DNA from: a virus
Virus record (IMG/VR): IMGVR_UViG_3300013014_000020
Span: 32,001-96,000 of that record
Reading direction: 5' to 3' (one strand)
Length of the DNA stretch: 64,000 nt
Shown: positions 8,801-19,080 of the stretch, piece by piece
Layout: every line of letters begins with the position of its first letter
Numbering within the stretch: the first letter of the stretch is position 1
Position numbers and translations under genes: made by a program
Notes under the pieces: generated by a model
Database searches by the model: none
What the model was told of the DNA's origin: nothing
Seen by the model: the letters and a program-made list of their open reading frames with translations, nothing else

Positions 8801-9797
8801 ATACTTTTTCTTCTTTTAAATCAAATTCACCATCTACACCTATAATTGTTTTCCAATATTCGGCATATTCACTTTTGTAAGTTTCAATAGACTTCTTTTC
8901 TTCTGTTGCGTCTTTTCCAGGTAAAAACCCGTGAGGCGTTACAATAATTTTACCATCTTCAAATCCAAGTCCGTTAATATGGTTTTTCATAACCGATACT
9001 TTTGTTCTTGATGCAAATTTAACAGTTCTTTTATCTTTGGTTGCCGTAATTTTTGTTGTTCCAGCACCTTTTTGATTTCCATATAAAAATACCAAAGATG
9101 AGTTTAACCAAATTGCTTCACCGCCTTTTGCTTTGATTTTTGGTTGTCCAAATGGATTATCTGGTAATTCAACCCAAGGTTGGTTTACGATAATTAAAGT
9201 GTTTTCAAATTTTGAATCCGCTTTTCTTGATCCAGAAATACGTTGGTTAATTCCCATACCAATCTTATCCGCTAAAACACTTGCGTTGTGTTGTTTGCCA
9301 CCCTTTCCTTCGTATGTCATTTTACAAGGAACAGATCCAACTGAATCCCACATAATACATAAAGAATAGTCTAACTCACCTTTTTCTTGAGCATCTAATA
9401 ATTCATTAATGTATTCTGTGATTTGTTCAATATAACTAAAATTGTTGTTAAACAAGAAGAAACCATCCCAAGTTAGTTCACCAGTTTCCTCATCAACAAC
9501 TTCTTCACACTCAAAACCCATAAGTCTGGAGTGTTCAAAAGACCATTTTTGTTCTGTAATAATAAAAACAGGTAGTATTTCTTTTTTCTGTGCATCAACT
9601 GCGGTTTTAACAAGTGCTGTTGTTTTACCGGTATCTGAATGTCCCAAAAACATATTAATATGTCCCATAGCTGGACCTGGAAGTCCTACCGCATCCAAAA
9701 ATGCCGGTCCTAAATCAAAGTATCTTTGTGGTTTGTATTTTGCGTCCGACGAGAATTTTTTCTTAATCGAACTAAAGTCATTTTTCTTGATTGCCAT
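8787..9797 (-). CDS. uvsX: RecA/UvsX-like recombinase
   Basis: Walker A GHSDTGKT, WDSVG, IVNQ, KGGEA and KNH motifs; next to the gp32-like SSB. Confidence 0.88.
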   Translation of the reverse strand: MAIKKNDFSSIKKKFSSDAKYKPQRYFDLGPAFLDAVGLPGPAMGHINMFLGHSDTGKTTALVKTAVDAQKKEILPVFIITEQKWSFEHSRLMGFECEEVVDEETGELTWDGFFLFNNNFSYIEQITEYINELLDAQEKGELDYSLCIMWDSVGSVPCKMTYEGKGGKQHNASVLADKIGMGINQRISGSRKADSKFENTLIIVNQPWVELPDNPFGQPKIKAKGGEAIWLNSSLVFLYGNQKGAGTTKITATKDKRTVKFASRTKVSVMKNHINGLGFEDGKIIVTPHGFLPGKDATEEKKSIETYKSEYAEYWKTIIGVDGEFDLKEEKVYEQE

Positions 9798-9823
9798 ATA
9801 ATTTTCTTTTTAAAAAGATAAGA

Positions 9824-9860
9824 AAAAATGGGTATATAGTCCACCTATATACCCATTTTT
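9824..9860 (-). terminator. 16-bp perfect hairpin, terminator-like, between the SSB and recombinase genes
   Basis: AAAAATGGGTATATAG-TCCAC-CTATATACCCATTTTT. Confidence 0.75.
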
Positions 9861-9874
9861 ATTTAGAATTTTTT

Positions 9875-10741
9875 TTAGAATGGTAACTCTTCATCAACAT
9901 CGTCACCGGTTTGTGGATCCTCAACCTTTGTTTCAGTTTTTGTTTTTCCACCACCCATTGAAATTTCTTCTTCAGAAGTATTGCTGTAGATGTATTTTCC
10001 AGCATCGGAGTCCCAACGTGGTGTTTCTCCTCGTGCGATTGCTTCAAGGTATTCAGTTGCTTTTTTAGAATAAACATCTTCCCAAGTAAGTTCATCTTCA
10101 ATCCAAGAAGTCATTGTTTCTTCATTTTCGTGAACAGATCCCGCGTCTTCGTACATAACAGTTTGGATAACTGTGTAGAATGCACCTTTTGGTGTTTTTG
10201 CTTTGGTTAATTCAAGGATAATGTCACGACCCGTTGTCGCATCTGTAATATCACCTTTAGCTCTCCAAATAGGAATAATTTTGTCAAGGATTCCTTCGTT
10301 TTTGTAATTGTGTTTAAAACGCCAGAATTTAACTCCGTCCGACTCATTATCACGGTCAATTACTTTAACAATATAAAACTTACGTGGTTTGTATTGTTTA
10401 GCAAGTTCCTTGTCAGAATCTCTACCCGTAGACATAAGAACATCATAAACTTCACTTAAAGGTGAACGCTCATTGTCATTTTTTCCTGGATCATAAAATT
10501 TCTGCCATTTTCCATCTACTTGAATCTCGTGAAACCATACTTCTTTAAAAGGTGAAGAACCATCAGGTGTTGGTAAGATTCTTAATCTTTTTTGACCTTG
10601 TTTTTCGTTATCCTTAAGTATTGCAGCAAAATACTTTTTCATTCTTTCTTCTTGTGTGAATTTTGCAGTGGAAGAAGAGCCACCTTGTTTTGCATTCTCA
10701 TACTGAGCCAAAACCGCATCTAAAACATTGTTTGTCGCCAT
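9875..10741 (-). CDS. Single-stranded DNA-binding protein, T4 gp32-like
   Basis: LRILP..DGSSPF.EVWFH, YIVKVIDRD, GRDIIL and an acidic tail ending DEELPF. Confidence 0.85.
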   Translation of the reverse strand: MATNNVLDAVLAQYENAKQGGSSSTAKFTQEERMKKYFAAILKDNEKQGQKRLRILPTPDGSSPFKEVWFHEIQVDGKWQKFYDPGKNDNERSPLSEVYDVLMSTGRDSDKELAKQYKPRKFYIVKVIDRDNESDGVKFWRFKHNYKNEGILDKIIPIWRAKGDITDATTGRDIILELTKAKTPKGAFYTVIQTVMYEDAGSVHENEETMTSWIEDELTWEDVYSKKATEYLEAIARGETPRWDSDAGKYIYSNTSEEEISMGGGKTKTETKVEDPQTGDDVDEELPF

Positions 10742-10772
10742 ATATATTATTTATTAAAAGTTTACAATAGAA

Positions 10773-10801
10773 AGTATAGTTAAATTTTGTGTCGCAGTCA
10801 A
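10773..10801 (-). promoter_or_regulatory. Sigma70-type promoter of the SSB/recombination/replication operon
   Basis: Minus strand TTGACT-17 nt-TATACT, about 30 nt upstream of the ATG. Confidence 0.75.
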
Positions 10802-10837
10802 CAAGAAATTTTAAAGTCGTCTTGTACGACCTTAAAA

Positions 10838-11512
10838 TTATCTCATCATATTGTTTTCGTCTTCGTCTTCATAATCATTAAAAGAAGTTTTTACTTCTTC
10901 TGGTGAGTATTCTTCCACATCATCAGATGTTAAAACATATTCATTTTTACCTGATTGTCTCATTTCTTCTTGTTTGTCAACAAAGAAATCTGATAACTTT
11001 TGTTTAAATGGTCCCGAATCTAAACTTCTTAATTCAAGTTTTTCTTCTGGTGTTTTTGGTCTAAACTGATCAAATTTAGTTTCAAGACTATTAATCTTTT
11101 GTACCAATTGATCCATTTCACCTAATTTTGATTCTAAATTTGATAATTGTGTAAATAAATTATTAAAATATTCTTCTTGTTTATCTGACATAGTTTTTTG
11201 TGTGTCGACAAGGTCTGTAATATCAATTTCTTCTTCGCCACCTTCTTCGTCGGCACCAATTTCTTCCACATCAGCGTCAGCTTCAACATCGATTGGTTCA
11301 CCTTCTGTTGGTGGTGCTGGTGTCGCGGGTGCACCTGCTGCCGGTGCCCCTGCTGCTGGTGGTGGGACTTCACCACCTATTGGTGCTTCACCTCCTGGGG
11401 GTGGTGGTGCTCCTAATTCGTCTCCTGGGGGAGGGGGAACTTGTTCCATAATGTATTTGTTAATACTATTGTATCTTGCAATTTCTTCTAAAATTTTTTG
11501 ATCTACACTCAT
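10838..11512 (-). CDS. Acidic Pro-rich coiled-coil protein, possibly scaffold or internal head protein
   Basis: KILEEI..YIMEQ N-terminus, PPP/PAAG linker, acidic stretch, then a coiled coil. Confidence 0.55.
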   Translation of the reverse strand: MSVDQKILEEIARYNSINKYIMEQVPPPPGDELGAPPPPGGEAPIGGEVPPPAAGAPAAGAPATPAPPTEGEPIDVEADADVEEIGADEEGGEEEIDITDLVDTQKTMSDKQEEYFNNLFTQLSNLESKLGEMDQLVQKINSLETKFDQFRPKTPEEKLELRSLDSGPFKQKLSDFFVDKQEEMRQSGKNEYVLTSDDVEEYSPEEVKTSFNDYEDEDENNMMR

Positions 11513-11513
11513 C

Positions 11514-11738
11514 TTATCCGTTCAATAATGTTTTTATTCCAGATTTTGTTTCAACCTGAATTTTTTTAAATTGTTTCATTGTATTATCAACTCTTTCAAT
11601 TAGACCATCTTTCATTCTAACTGTGTAGCAATCACCAGTATCTAAATCACATACTTCTTTAAATCCATTACCAGCGTCTTTTTCTGACATTCTTGTGTTC
11701 TTACCTAAGTAATTGTCCAATATTAGTTTTGTGTTCAT
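11514..11738 (-). CDS. Hypothetical protein
   Basis: 74-aa ORF with CDLDTGDC; TATTTAT motif upstream. Confidence 0.7.
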   Translation of the reverse strand: MNTKLILDNYLGKNTRMSEKDAGNGFKEVCDLDTGDCYTVRMKDGLIERVDNTMKQFKKIQVETKSGIKTLLNG

Positions 11739-11785
11739 ATTTTTTTATTTATTTATAAATATCTATTAAAGATAAAAAATTTACT

Positions 11786-14700
11786 TTATATTAAAATTGG
11801 GGTACCACTTTGGTTATATTCAAAATTTAAGTTAAATATTCTATAATAATCAGTTCTTGTTGGGTCTGGACTACCGTCACTTTTAATTGGGGTTGATTTC
11901 ACATCAAATTTTAAATAATACTTACCAACTTGATCATTAATTGGTTCTCCAAGACATGTTAATTGATCAAAAATTTCATTAAAAGTCATATTAAATGTTT
12001 GTCCATCACTTGATACATATTGTGTTCCAAGAGGAATAATTCCACTTCCAGCACAAATAGATGTTGATGCGTTCAAAATAAGTATATCAACATAAAATAT
12101 TTTTCTTTTGTCTGCTTTAGGGTTTAAACTAATTATTAAACCGTTTACAATGTTTCCAACACTAGCTGAAAGTAATTTTGGTTCAAATAAGAATATCGGA
12201 ATTTCTGGTTCTTGTGGTGGTTGTACAACTGGTTTTGGTTGATTACTCAAAACAAAACTAACAGCTTCTGAAACTTTTTGGATGTATTCTTTCTTAACTT
12301 GTTCAGTTAATGATACCCAAACATTTTTTTCAAACGGAAAATTATTAACAATAAATTCGGAAATAGCAACAATATATGATTGTATATTTGTTACAGAATC
12401 TGTTGGTATATTCACAATTTGTGAAACTAAAATTTTTTCTTTATACTTTTCACCCAAAAATCTTATATGTGAGTCAAAATCAGTAAACACAGCATGTGGT
12501 TTTTGACCGCTAGAATAATTTACACAAACATAACTATTATTGAAATAACTTTTTGATATTTCACCATAATTAAAATTCAAAGGTACTGAAGCAAAATTAT
12601 TATTGTAGCTTGATAAACTTTCACCATTTTTACTATTAAGATAAACTAATGAAAATAATGTATTAATAAACGCACTTATTTGTTGTGGTGGTGTTCCTTG
12701 TATTGCTGTTTGATTAATAATTTGTGTAATTTTATTATAAGCATCACCAATAGTTATTACTGTTTGAGTTGGTGTCGTTGCCGTATAACTTGTATAAGAA
12801 GGATTTAAACCAGTCGAGCAGTTTTGTACTTCACTTGCTTTTGGTTTACTATCTTCCTGTACTTTATTAGTTGCCGCAGAAGTTTCTTTTATTACGTTAT
12901 TTGTTTCTGTTGTTTTTTTAACTTCTTCTTCTTCTTTAATCCTCTCTTTAATTGTTGTAAGGATATTTGTACTTAATGATTGTAATAGTGAATCAATTGC
13001 TGGAATACTATAAAATGGTTGTCTTTGACCTTCTATTGAAGTATCGAAACCATTTTCACTAATTCTATGACTTACATTTGTAATCATATAAGGACCGCTA
13101 AACATTGGAATATTTCTAAGGTTAAAATACATTGTTGGTTGTATTAGGGCGCAACCCAACATATCAATAGAACATTTATAACTTCTATTTCTATATATGT
13201 TGTATAGCGAAACACTTTGTGAGGCACTTGTTCTATTTCTTGATTGGTTCGCCATTTGGTTTAACATCTCAAGAGATTCTGCTGTTGGTTTTCCGACATC
13301 TTGACCGATATCCAATTGTTTAAATATTTGTTGGTTTTGTGGTCCAAAGTCTACATTGAAACCAACTACTTTATTTGATTTATCCCAATTGGTTTTACCT
13401 TCTTGGTTTTCAATCAACGGATTGTCACTTGCTCTTCTCATGTCAAAAGCATCGTCTCTAAATCTATAATCAGCATTTTCATTCATTGCTAAATGTTGAC
13501 TAGTAGCATGCGCATACATTGCAACTATTTTTGATCCAGTTTCACGATAGTCAACAGTTGTGTGTGTCCCAAATAAAGTTTTGGCAAATTCTAAAGTGCC
13601 TTCCGGTCTTGGGTTTGGGTTTTTAGACACGTCTTGTACATTGTAGAAATTAGCATAAGCCGGTAAAATCCAATACGTAAATCTATTATCAGAAAAAATA
13701 GTATTAACAATCCCCAACATATTATTTGTGTGCTGCCATTGACTTATCCTATCTTTTAATAAAAATATATCAACAAATATTTTCTGTCCAACATCTCTAC
13801 TTGCTCTATCAACAATTAAAACATCTTCAAATAATGTTTTACTTCGTAGGTCCGCTCCGGCAATCCAAGAATCGTTCATACCTTTAAAGGCGTCCCACAT
13901 TTCATATCTTGATATTTCACCAAGATATTCTTTAAATTTAACCCCAGTTTGGTTTTGTTTAATGGATATGCTACCTAGTTTGTTTCTAACTGATGTTAAA
14001 GTATTATCTAAAATTAAATTCAAATATGTTTCACCATCCCTTATGTAACTATTCATAAGACCAAAAAACTTATTCATTGTTAAAGTTGGGTCTTTTAATT
14101 TTTGTGTTGCATACAATTTAATCATTGGAGCATAAAATTTCACATTATTTTCTGTGAACTCCATATCCATATCAATAAAGAAATCTGTAATATATGAACC
14201 ATTATTTGTATATTCTAATTCTGGTATTTCAGAAAAACCAACATAGGTTTCTAATGCTTTCCAAGTTTCTGGACTTTGTGTTTTAGATTGTGCTAATGTA
14301 ATTGTGCCTCCTTGTGTTGGTAATAAACCAGGTGAATTTTGTACATAACCGGCCCAGGTGTAAGGATCTTGTATAAAATCTGTTGAAAACGTGTAAAACA
14401 TTTTTTTATCAAAATTAGATGGATTACCGTATTTGAATACAACTTGGTAGTCCATAAATGTTTCAATTGTTTTTTGAAAAGACTTTTTTTGGTTTTCTGT
14501 TATTTCATTTATTAATGCACTTCCGGTTAAACCTTCTGGATTAATCGTCTTAAACATTGTTTTCATCAAGCCTTGGAAATTTTCATATGTTTCTTCAACA
14601 GTGATTTCATCTTCCCTTGGTTGTAAATTACTCTCAAAGTCATAAACAGACGTACTAAACAATAAAAATTGTTTTTCAAATTGATCTAATATTTCTGGTG

Positions 14701-17700
14701 TAAATGTTGTAAATAATTCACTTATTTTTGAATATTTTGTTGGGTCTCCGAAAATTCCAAAGTTTTGTTGCTCTTCTTCGTTTGTAAAAATTTCTCTTAT
14801 GTATTCGTCTGGTTGTGGTTTTGCTAATTTTGAATTATCAAAATAACCGTAGTTTGGCGCTTTCCAGAATAATCTTACAGCTCCATTGTGGAGTGCAGGA
14901 TTATTACTTATATTAATTTTCATACTACCATTATTATTAAAACATTCTTGTTTTGCTTGGTTAACATTTGAACCAAAAGATGGTAGAGCGTAAATGGATT
15001 TTTTATCTGGTGTAAGGGTATAACAACTCCAAGGAAGACAAATTAATGAACTGTTAGGTGAAAGAATCCCAGGTCCTTCATTAATTAAGGCACTAGTTGT
15101 TGGGATCATTCTAAAGTTTTCACTTAATGCGTTTTGTATACTTGAATTTTGGTAGCCGGGTATTGGTTTATTTGTAACAATAAATGGTTGTGCCACGGTT
15201 GGTGGTGAAACAACAACACCTTGTACTGGACTTATTATGTATGTTCCGGTACTTCCGGTTGCGCCAGCTAATTGTTGTATTATTGTTGTTCCTGGAGCTA
15301 AAGTTGACCCAGACAAAACTAATCCAGGTTCTAAAGCGATAAAGTTTAACGAAACAACCTCCAAAGTATTACCTGTAACATAATACGTTCCTTCAATGTT
15401 TGTGGTTTGACTAAATAATTTTGTCCCTTTAAAGAAGACGTGAAAATCATCAAGTAATTTAGGATAAAATCCAGTATTAATAATTGTTTTTTGATTTAAT
15501 CCTAATGTGTTAACACCATCTAATACGATATCATAATTGGTGCCATCAACTTGTAAATTATATTGTGTTGTTGTCGATGAAAATGCCGGATCATAATTAC
15601 CAATATAATCTGTGTTATCCCAAATTCCGTCTAAAATATCAACACCATCCAGTTTGAATTTCTTATATCTATGCCAAATTCCACCATACTTTAAAACCCA
15701 AGCATATGGTACTTCGTGAATTGCTCCGAATTTTTTTAATGAAGGAAGTATATAACTATTTGTTATTACAGAACCATCTGAATTATATGTCTTATATTTA
15801 TCTCTTAATGTTGCCAGCGGTAAACTATTTAAAAATAAATAAGCCGCTGCCTTATACGGTGATTTTTCAATTAAACTATATCTAAATTCATATAAACCTT
15901 TTTGGATTGCGTTTGTAAAATATGGTGTATTAAATAATGATGTTGTTTGTCTTGCAACAAGTTTACCGTCATAATTTTCATAAACAACATCTCCTTCGGT
16001 TGTATATTGTTCTTTAATTTTTCTTTCTTTGTAGAAAGTTTCTAAATTTTGTAAATTAAGTGTTTGATCAAAAACACTAGTTTTATAGTTAAAGTTAACA
16101 ATAGGTAAAAGGTTGTCTTTGTTTTTTACAAGTTTAATAGATTTGTTATACTCTAACGTATCGCTTGTTTTAAACACATCTACCTTTGATTGGATTGCTT
16201 TGCCATTTGCTAAGTGGTCTTTACACCAATCTAAATCAGTTAGTGGGTATAAATCAGTAAAATCATAATCATCATTTATAACAGACCCACCAAAATAATT
16301 TATTACTGGTTGTTCATTTGTTAAACCAACATTTGGTAGTGCTTTGTCTTCATCTAATATTGATCCTTTATACATAAAAAATGAAACGTCCGTATCGTTT
16401 TTCAAATATGGTGTATTAATAATTCCACGAATAAAGTTTTGCCAACTTTGTCCCTCACCTTGATTTGATATATGTCTTAAAAATCCAGGATAAATTGATG
16501 CGTTTATATTATATTGTTTTAATTTTTGAGTTATAAATGGATTGTCATCACTTATTGCTTTAAGTATGTCTGTTGTTTCTGACTCACCAACATATTGTTG
16601 TACATTATTATCCTTAATACTTTTTCGATTAAATTTGGAATAAAATGAATTTACAAACATTCTTTCATAAATTTCATAGAAGAATTTTACCTCTTCGGTA
16701 TTTTGATAAACGTCATTTCCAATTGTAAATTCGGTAGCATTAAAACTAAACCTATTTGGTCTTTCTAAAAAATTACCAGTTGGTCCATTATCAAATTTTG
16801 GTGGGCTAACTTGTGTATAACCTCTTAAAAATTCTTCAACAAATTGTACTTCTGGCCAAATTTCTGGATTATACGCGTTAAACTGTAACGCTAAGTCATC
16901 ATCACCGGGATATGCTAATTCGTATTTTTCTTTACCTTCTTCAAGTGAAGACTTTATAATTTGTGGCCAAGGATAAATCGGTGAATCTAATTCGGCATTT
17001 TTATAATCAACACTTTGTACTGTAAGACTTGTGTTAAAAACTGCCTTTTTTCTGTTTGCGTCGTCTCTTAAATCCCAAGCTTTTGTGTGAACATCATCCA
17101 TCATTCTTAAAAAAGCTTCACCTTGCGCAAAAAATACCGCTAAAACATTTCTAATTGTTGGTTGAAAACCTAATCCATTTGTTGGACTGGAAAACTCGGC
17201 TTGAATTTCTTTAGTTATATTTTCTTCAATTTCTTTTTTCTTTATTTCATATTTTTCTTGGATTTTTTTAATCAAATCTTTATATGATTTTGGTCCTTCA
17301 AAATATGTTAAACCAGGATATTCCCCAACATTTGAGTAATCGGTAATTTCTTTGTTTAGATCATTTCTATATTTAATATATTCTTCACTGGTACTTAAAC
17401 CAGAAAATGTTTGTCCAATTCTTTTTTTGTATGTTTCAGATATATTAATATCACCAATATTTACGTTTTGGAAAAACGTACCTATAGTAATTGGTATTGG
17501 TATGTCTTTACCGATAGCAGAATTTGATAATAATATATTATTATATTTTTTTATAATTCCATCTAAATCTGTGATTGCTTTTGATTTTTGTTGAGCATCA
17601 TTAAATTCTGGTTTGTATTTATAAAGAACTGTTTTTTCTTTGTTGTTTTTTATAAAAACATTTTCATCGTCAAACCATCTTCCTTTCCAAGAATTAACAC

Positions 17701-18766
17701 CAGAATACAAATATATTTCACTGGTGTATTCACCTAGCTTAATCAAATAATCCTCAAGTTTATTTAAAACATCTAAATTTTTTTTCTTAAACTTTTCTTC
17801 AATTGCTGTTATTAATTTTTCTAATTTTTCCTTTAATTGTAATATTGTTATTTCTGGAAAATTATCATCGATTAACCCTTTTGATTTATATTCAGAATAA
17901 AGTTCTTTCATTTTCTGAAGACCTAAACTACTTGTAACTGTTTCAGTTTTTGAGTTGCCTCCACTTGAATTTGTTGTTACTGTTGTTGGTTTTGTTATTG
18001 AAAGTTGGTACATAGAAGGAACAGCATACATTGCGGCCCAACTTACCTGACTCATAATTGTATATTTGTAAGTATAAAACTGACAGTTGATTCTAAAGTT
18101 ATGTGATGAAGGATCAAAAGAGCTTGTAAACGAATGTAACATCAATGGAAGTCTTATTGCTTTACCTAAATAACCTTTTATTGTTAAATAGAAAACAGGA
18201 TAAGGTAACTGAAAAAATGCGGCATAAGGTGAATTGTTTCCGGCTTCAAATAATGCTCTACCTTTAATGTCTTCAAATGTTATACTAATTACTGGTAAAA
18301 AATCTAAACCATAGTCAATATTTATTTGAGTTATACCAAGTAGTCCATTATCGATAGCACCTTCAACGCCGTTTGAATATAAACTTTGATTAATATAATA
18401 ATCATCAGATAAGTTTGGGTTTTGAGTTACCGTAATTTTTGGTTGGTTCACACCCTTACCTTCTATTGTTCCTTTACCGGTTAATTCGTCAGACCAATTA
18501 GTATCTAAAAATTGTTTAAATCCTGGGTTCAAAAAATTAATCTTTCCAACAGATACTGTTTTTACAGCTTCATTTGCTGGAACACCAACGGCTAATTTAG
18601 TTCTTGGTATTACCGAACATTCAAGGTTGGCATACATTACCAAATCTTCCTGTCTAATTAACCTATCTTTAACATTCCCATCGTTATCTATTACTTTGTT
18701 TGGGTCTATTACTGATATATTTTGGTAATCAAATTCAACTAATATGTTTTCTGAGTTATCTTCCAT
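11786..18766 (-). CDS. Giant baseplate hub-like structural protein (gp27/gpD-like C-terminal motif)
   Basis: 2326 aa in the tail module. SIDMLGCALIQPTMYFNL..FSGPYMITNVSHRISENGFDTSIEGQR resembles the gp27/gpD/VgrG hub barrel end. Follows a LysM/gp53-like gene. Confidence 0.6.
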   Translation of the reverse strand: MEDNSENILVEFDYQNISVIDPNKVIDNDGNVKDRLIRQEDLVMYANLECSVIPRTKLAVGVPANEAVKTVSVGKINFLNPGFKQFLDTNWSDELTGKGTIEGKGVNQPKITVTQNPNLSDDYYINQSLYSNGVEGAIDNGLLGITQINIDYGLDFLPVISITFEDIKGRALFEAGNNSPYAAFFQLPYPVFYLTIKGYLGKAIRLPLMLHSFTSSFDPSSHNFRINCQFYTYKYTIMSQVSWAAMYAVPSMYQLSITKPTTVTTNSSGGNSKTETVTSSLGLQKMKELYSEYKSKGLIDDNFPEITILQLKEKLEKLITAIEEKFKKKNLDVLNKLEDYLIKLGEYTSEIYLYSGVNSWKGRWFDDENVFIKNNKEKTVLYKYKPEFNDAQQKSKAITDLDGIIKKYNNILLSNSAIGKDIPIPITIGTFFQNVNIGDINISETYKKRIGQTFSGLSTSEEYIKYRNDLNKEITDYSNVGEYPGLTYFEGPKSYKDLIKKIQEKYEIKKKEIEENITKEIQAEFSSPTNGLGFQPTIRNVLAVFFAQGEAFLRMMDDVHTKAWDLRDDANRKKAVFNTSLTVQSVDYKNAELDSPIYPWPQIIKSSLEEGKEKYELAYPGDDDLALQFNAYNPEIWPEVQFVEEFLRGYTQVSPPKFDNGPTGNFLERPNRFSFNATEFTIGNDVYQNTEEVKFFYEIYERMFVNSFYSKFNRKSIKDNNVQQYVGESETTDILKAISDDNPFITQKLKQYNINASIYPGFLRHISNQGEGQSWQNFIRGIINTPYLKNDTDVSFFMYKGSILDEDKALPNVGLTNEQPVINYFGGSVINDDYDFTDLYPLTDLDWCKDHLANGKAIQSKVDVFKTSDTLEYNKSIKLVKNKDNLLPIVNFNYKTSVFDQTLNLQNLETFYKERKIKEQYTTEGDVVYENYDGKLVARQTTSLFNTPYFTNAIQKGLYEFRYSLIEKSPYKAAAYLFLNSLPLATLRDKYKTYNSDGSVITNSYILPSLKKFGAIHEVPYAWVLKYGGIWHRYKKFKLDGVDILDGIWDNTDYIGNYDPAFSSTTTQYNLQVDGTNYDIVLDGVNTLGLNQKTIINTGFYPKLLDDFHVFFKGTKLFSQTTNIEGTYYVTGNTLEVVSLNFIALEPGLVLSGSTLAPGTTIIQQLAGATGSTGTYIISPVQGVVVSPPTVAQPFIVTNKPIPGYQNSSIQNALSENFRMIPTTSALINEGPGILSPNSSLICLPWSCYTLTPDKKSIYALPSFGSNVNQAKQECFNNNGSMKINISNNPALHNGAVRLFWKAPNYGYFDNSKLAKPQPDEYIREIFTNEEEQQNFGIFGDPTKYSKISELFTTFTPEILDQFEKQFLLFSTSVYDFESNLQPREDEITVEETYENFQGLMKTMFKTINPEGLTGSALINEITENQKKSFQKTIETFMDYQVVFKYGNPSNFDKKMFYTFSTDFIQDPYTWAGYVQNSPGLLPTQGGTITLAQSKTQSPETWKALETYVGFSEIPELEYTNNGSYITDFFIDMDMEFTENNVKFYAPMIKLYATQKLKDPTLTMNKFFGLMNSYIRDGETYLNLILDNTLTSVRNKLGSISIKQNQTGVKFKEYLGEISRYEMWDAFKGMNDSWIAGADLRSKTLFEDVLIVDRASRDVGQKIFVDIFLLKDRISQWQHTNNMLGIVNTIFSDNRFTYWILPAYANFYNVQDVSKNPNPRPEGTLEFAKTLFGTHTTVDYRETGSKIVAMYAHATSQHLAMNENADYRFRDDAFDMRRASDNPLIENQEGKTNWDKSNKVVGFNVDFGPQNQQIFKQLDIGQDVGKPTAESLEMLNQMANQSRNRTSASQSVSLYNIYRNRSYKCSIDMLGCALIQPTMYFNLRNIPMFSGPYMITNVSHRISENGFDTSIEGQRQPFYSIPAIDSLLQSLSTNILTTIKERIKEEEEVKKTTETNNVIKETSAATNKVQEDSKPKASEVQNCSTGLNPSYTSYTATTPTQTVITIGDAYNKITQIINQTAIQGTPPQQISAFINTLFSLVYLNSKNGESLSSYNNNFASVPLNFNYGEISKSYFNNSYVCVNYSSGQKPHAVFTDFDSHIRFLGEKYKEKILVSQIVNIPTDSVTNIQSYIVAISEFIVNNFPFEKNVWVSLTEQVKKEYIQKVSEAVSFVLSNQPKPVVQPPQEPEIPIFLFEPKLLSASVGNIVNGLIISLNPKADKRKIFYVDILILNASTSICAGSGIIPLGTQYVSSDGQTFNMTFNEIFDQLTCLGEPINDQVGKYYLKFDVKSTPIKSDGSPDPTRTDYYRIFNLNFEYNQSGTPILI

Positions 18767-19079
18767 AGTATAGGAAATGGTTATCTATTGCACTTTTATA
18801 TTCCTGTACAGAAGTTAGTAGCGGATATGGAATTGTCAATACAGCACCATCTGGTATATTAGTTTCCATACCGGTATATCTTGGGTTTGCTTGCATAATT
18901 AACCAACCAAATAGCGGACTATTATAATATTGTTGTGAAATTTTATCTAATCTTGATTGGCCAAATCTATATATATGTTTCTTATCAGATGATTTACTGG
19001 CCACATTTACGTATGGTACAACAGTCTGTTGACCATTTTGCAAAAACATTGCATACCTATTATAATATTGTTGTGTCAT
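18756..19079 (-). CDS. LysM / gp53 / Tail_X-like baseplate protein
   Basis: RLDKISQQYYNSPLFGWLIMQANP...IPDGAVLTIP motif. Confidence 0.8.
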   Translation of the reverse strand: MTQQYYNRYAMFLQNGQQTVVPYVNVASKSSDKKHIYRFGQSRLDKISQQYYNSPLFGWLIMQANPRYTGMETNIPDGAVLTIPYPLLTSVQEYKSAIDNHFLYYGR

Positions 19080-19080
19080 A

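Noticed and set aside
9859-11501. Alternative-frame and antisense short ORFs (9859..10101, 9880..10068, 11134..11376, 11198..11416, 11202..11501)
   Set aside because: They overlap well-supported genes almost entirely and have no recognisable motifs.
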